Below, in pieces: positions 60,611 to 64,000 of a DNA stretch of 64,000 nucleotides; position 1 is the stretch's first letter; each line of letters opens with the position of its first letter. The position numbers were made by a program, and so were the translations under genes. The stretch lies in assembly GCF_001194135.2 (NCBI RefSeq), contig NC_068982.1:7873241-7937240 (forward strand), given 5' to 3'. Under the pieces are notes generated by a model that worked only from the letters and a program-made list of their open reading frames with translations, was not told the origin of the DNA and searched no databases. The stretch is from Octopus bimaculoides. Taxonomy: Eukaryota.

Positions 60611-61432
60611 CTCGCATTTTTCCATATAATCCCTGGTTTTTCCAGGCATTGCTGTTATAAGATAATTAATAATGTGTCAATAATTTAAGATGTTAGCTTA
60701 TAAAATACTGAAAGATAATATTTCAATATTTCCATGTAAGTGATGATAATATTTCAATTATTTTCATGTTTAATTTAAATATATGTTGTGATTGAATTAT
60801 TTGATATTACCCATCCACACCAAATTAATGACAAGGATTTTTACCATGACTCACCAAAAGTTACAAACAAGACCCCAAAACTATCAGTTACCAGGCTCAC
60901 CTTAAGTAACCTAATTTTGCAATAAAAAATGACTATTATTGTAGCTTCAATTTTATGTAAATATTTGGATTTTCATATATTAAAACCATTTTATAAATCA
61001 AAAAAGACATTTTTAATTTCCAAATTTAAGAAAATGTTCTTAATTTTTTTTATTTATGTATTTTATTCCTAAATAATCATTACTCAGTCATACAATCTAT
61101 GTCTTAAATTTAATTTTTAGTTACAATTCCACTGAATTTTGTTTTTAAAATTTTTTAAAAATATTTTTTCCATAAGTAATAAAACAGTGTCAGGCAATTT
61201 GGGAGGAAATTTAGTTTAAATGTACACAAATGCATAAAAATAATATTTAATTCCATTAGACATTCTAAAATACTATTAAATTTCATTCAGTTTGAAAAAA
61301 GGTAAAATTGGAGAGAACTTATGGTATGACCTGATATATGTGTGTATACCTGTATATATATATGTATGTATGCATATTTATATATGTATAAATGAATGTA
61401 TGTATATGTATATTTGTATGTATGTTTGTATG

Positions 61433-61488
<56 letters not shown>

Positions 61489-61501
61489 GAANNNNNNNNN
61501 N

Positions 61502-61561
<60 letters not shown>

Positions 61562-61563
<2 letters not shown>

Positions 61564-62660
61564 GAATGTATGGCGCATGTGTACGAACCGTCATGCTACA
61601 TGGCAGTGAAACATGGGCCGTGACCGCTGAGGACATGTGTAAGCTTGCAAGAAACGAATCCAGTATGCTCCGATGGATGTGTAATGTCAGTGTGCATACT
61701 TGAGAGAAAAGTTAGACCTAAGAAGTATCAGTTGTGGTGTGCAAGAGAGATGATTGCACTGGTATGGTCATATGGCAAGAATGGATGAAGATAGCTGTGG
61801 AAGAGGTAGACCCAGGAAGACCTGGGATGAGGTGGTGAAGCACAACCTTCGACTTTAGGCCTACCGAGGCAATGACTAGTGACCGGGACCTTTGGAAATA
61901 TGCAGTACGAGAGAAGAGCCGGCAAGCCAAGTGAGAGCATAATCTGTGGACTCTACCAGAAGTGTAGCCAACTCACTCATTTGTATTTTTACTTCATTGG
62001 ACACTAAACTCTGCTTGCGAAGACCTGTTGAGACAAGTGAATTGAAATCGAAATCGAAATCGAACCAAATTCGACGACTGGCACCCATGCAAACCTCTCC
62101 TTCATTGGACATTAAATTCTGCTTGCGAAGACCTGTTGGGGCAAGTGAAATCGAAATTGTAATTGAACCATATTTGATGACTGGCACCTGTGCCAGTGGA
62201 GCACTAACAGCAATGTCCGAGCGTGATCATTGCCAGAGCAGCTGTCTGGCTTCCTTGCTAGTGGCTCGTATATAGCACTATTTGAGCGTGATCGTTACCA
62301 GCGTTGCCTTACTGGCACTTGAGCCGGTGGCACATTAGAAAATCATTCGAGCAAGGTTGAGCGAGGTCGTTGCCAGTGCTGCTGGATTGACTCCTGTGCA
62401 GGTGGCACGTAAAAAACACCATTTGGAGCATGGCTGTTGCCAGTACCGTGTCACTGGCCCTCATGCCGGTGGCACGTAAAAGCACCCACTACACTCTTGG
62501 AGTGGTTGGCGTTAGGAAGGGCATCCAGCTGTAGAAACTCTGCCAGATCAGATGGGAGCCTGGTGCAGCTATCCAGTTCACCAGTCCTGAGTCAAATTGT
62601 CCAACCCATGCTAGCATGGAAAGCGGACGTTAAACGACAATGATGATGATGATGATGATG
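61562..62660 (+). mobile_element. RTE LINE 3' fragment with long modular UTR
   Basis: MYGACVRTVMLHGSETWAVTAEDMCKLARNE...; the UTR has the duplicated (GAAATC)n block also seen at 22640-22870. Confidence 0.9.
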
Positions 62661-62859
62661 TATATGTGTGCATATGTNNNNNNNNNNNNNNNNNNNNNNN
62701 NNNNNNNNNNNNNNNNNNNNNNNNNNNNNNNNNNNNNNNNNNNNNNNNNNNNNNNNNNNNNNNNNNNNNNNNNNNNNNNNNNNNNNNNNNNNNNNNNNNN
62801 NNNNATATATATATATATATACACACATGTATACATACATGTGTGTTTATATATATATA

Positions 62860-63860
62860 TCATCATCATTGTTTAATGTCCGTCTTCCATGCATGCATCT
62901 ATATTGTGGTTGACAGGAGCTGGTCAAGTAGAAGACTATCCCAGGATACTGTGTCTGGTTTGGCTGTGTTTTTACAGCTTGTTGCTCTTCCTAACACCAA
63001 CCACTCTACAAAGTGGACTGATTGGTTTTTACGAGATTCCAACACAGGTGAGGTCTGTTTTTGGCATGGTTTTTACAGCTGGATTCCCTTACAGATGCCA
63101 ATCATTTTACAACATAGACTGGATGCTTTTATGTGGCACCAGCACTGGTGAGGTCACCAAGTACTTTGCAAGTTAAAGAATTTTGAGAGGTGAGGATTCA
63201 TTGGAGGAGGAGCCCTTGTGTCAGATGATGAAAGGTTAGATTGTGACAGAGAATCAGAAGCAGTGTCTTGCTGTAGAGGTGTGGGCATTGGAGGAGGTGA
63301 TCATGTATCAGATGGTGAAGGGTTAGAGACAGAGGGGCAGAAACAGGTATCTTGCTATAAAGGAGGTATATGGTTATCCGACCAGAGAGAGAGAGAGAGA
63401 GAGAGAGGTACAAGAAAGAGGACAGAAGCAGGTGTGCTAATGTAAAGGAGGTACTTGGTTACTTATCCAGAGGAAAAAACAAGAAGAGAGATATAGAGAG
63501 AGTGATTAAGAATGAGTGCAGAAACAGGTGTGCTCCTGTAGAGGAGATACATGGATACCCAGTCAGAGGGAAGAGCAAAGGAAAGACAGAGAGAATGGGA
63601 AACAGCAAAAGTGCAATAGACAGCAGGAGAGAGATGGTAGTGAAGTACCAGGGTATACTAATAAGTAACAGGGATCAGAGAATAGATGGGATGGTAAAGT
63701 AAGGAAGAGCGAGATAAATTGTGGCAATTGCCTGGGTATGCCCTCGAGGTATAGAGGTTATGATATATGCGGCCAGGTATAGGGTGTGTGAAAAGTTTAT
63801 TGTTACAAGTTTTCACTGTCGTGGGCAGGTCTTCTATAGAACCTCATATCACCAGACATC
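62860..63860 (-). mobile_element. Second copy of the ~1.1-kb RTE-tailed non-coding element
   Basis: Reverse-complement similarity to 37830-39000. Confidence 0.65.
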
Positions 63861-64000
63861 TTGGTCCATTGTCATTTCCTCCTTGAACCCTAACATCTTG
63901 AGATCAGTCCTCACCACTTCATCCCATGTCTTCCTGGGTCTCCCCCTTCCACAAGTACTATCCACTTTCAGTGACAAGCACTTTTATATACAACTGTCTT
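63861..64000 (-). mobile_element. RTE C-terminal fragment
   Basis: Decayed CGRGRPRKTWDEVVR...LG motif; runs off the window end. Confidence 0.7.

Larger units (their letters stand above)
58178..60630. mobile_element. Long-TIR/foldback element inflated by nested insertions
   Basis: Left arm 58178-58320 matches the reverse complement of 60030-60140 joined to 60611-60630; the right arm is split by an RTE UTR. Confidence 0.75.

Overview
This is AT-rich, repeat-dense animal DNA from a draft assembly. The main N-gaps are 4238-4674, 36131-36700, 46415-46727, 57186-57258, 58361-59300 and 62678-62804, plus several 10-N joins. The repeat families (an RTE LINE with (ATG)n tails and CORE-type tRNA SINEs) suggest an octopod cephalopod; this is an inference. 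One host gene is supported. Nine minus-strand coding exons (58119 down to 29031, all AG/GT-bounded and phase-compatible) splice into about 447 aa. The order is a TSR end, a TILa/VWC-like module, three TSP1 repeats, TIL, VWC and a C-terminal cystine knot, which is the C-terminal architecture of SCO-spondin-like proteins. The 5' part of the gene is not visible here. The rest of the window is mostly transposon debris: many RTE LINE copies, a second (BovB-like) RTE, an R4/Dong-like fragment, a Penelope-like element, Gypsy pol, a hAT transposase, three mariner remnants, SINEs, MITEs and several long palindromes. The most notable observations are: a head-to-head pair of minimal hammerhead-ribozyme motifs at 27.0-27.1 kb within a 6-kb run of inverted repeats just 3' of the gene; a ~136-codon low-complexity insert splitting the GIY and YIG motifs of the Penelope endonuclease; non-canonical cysteine counts in the SCO-spondin-like modules; and a TIR element carrying telomeric (CCCTAA)n repeats.
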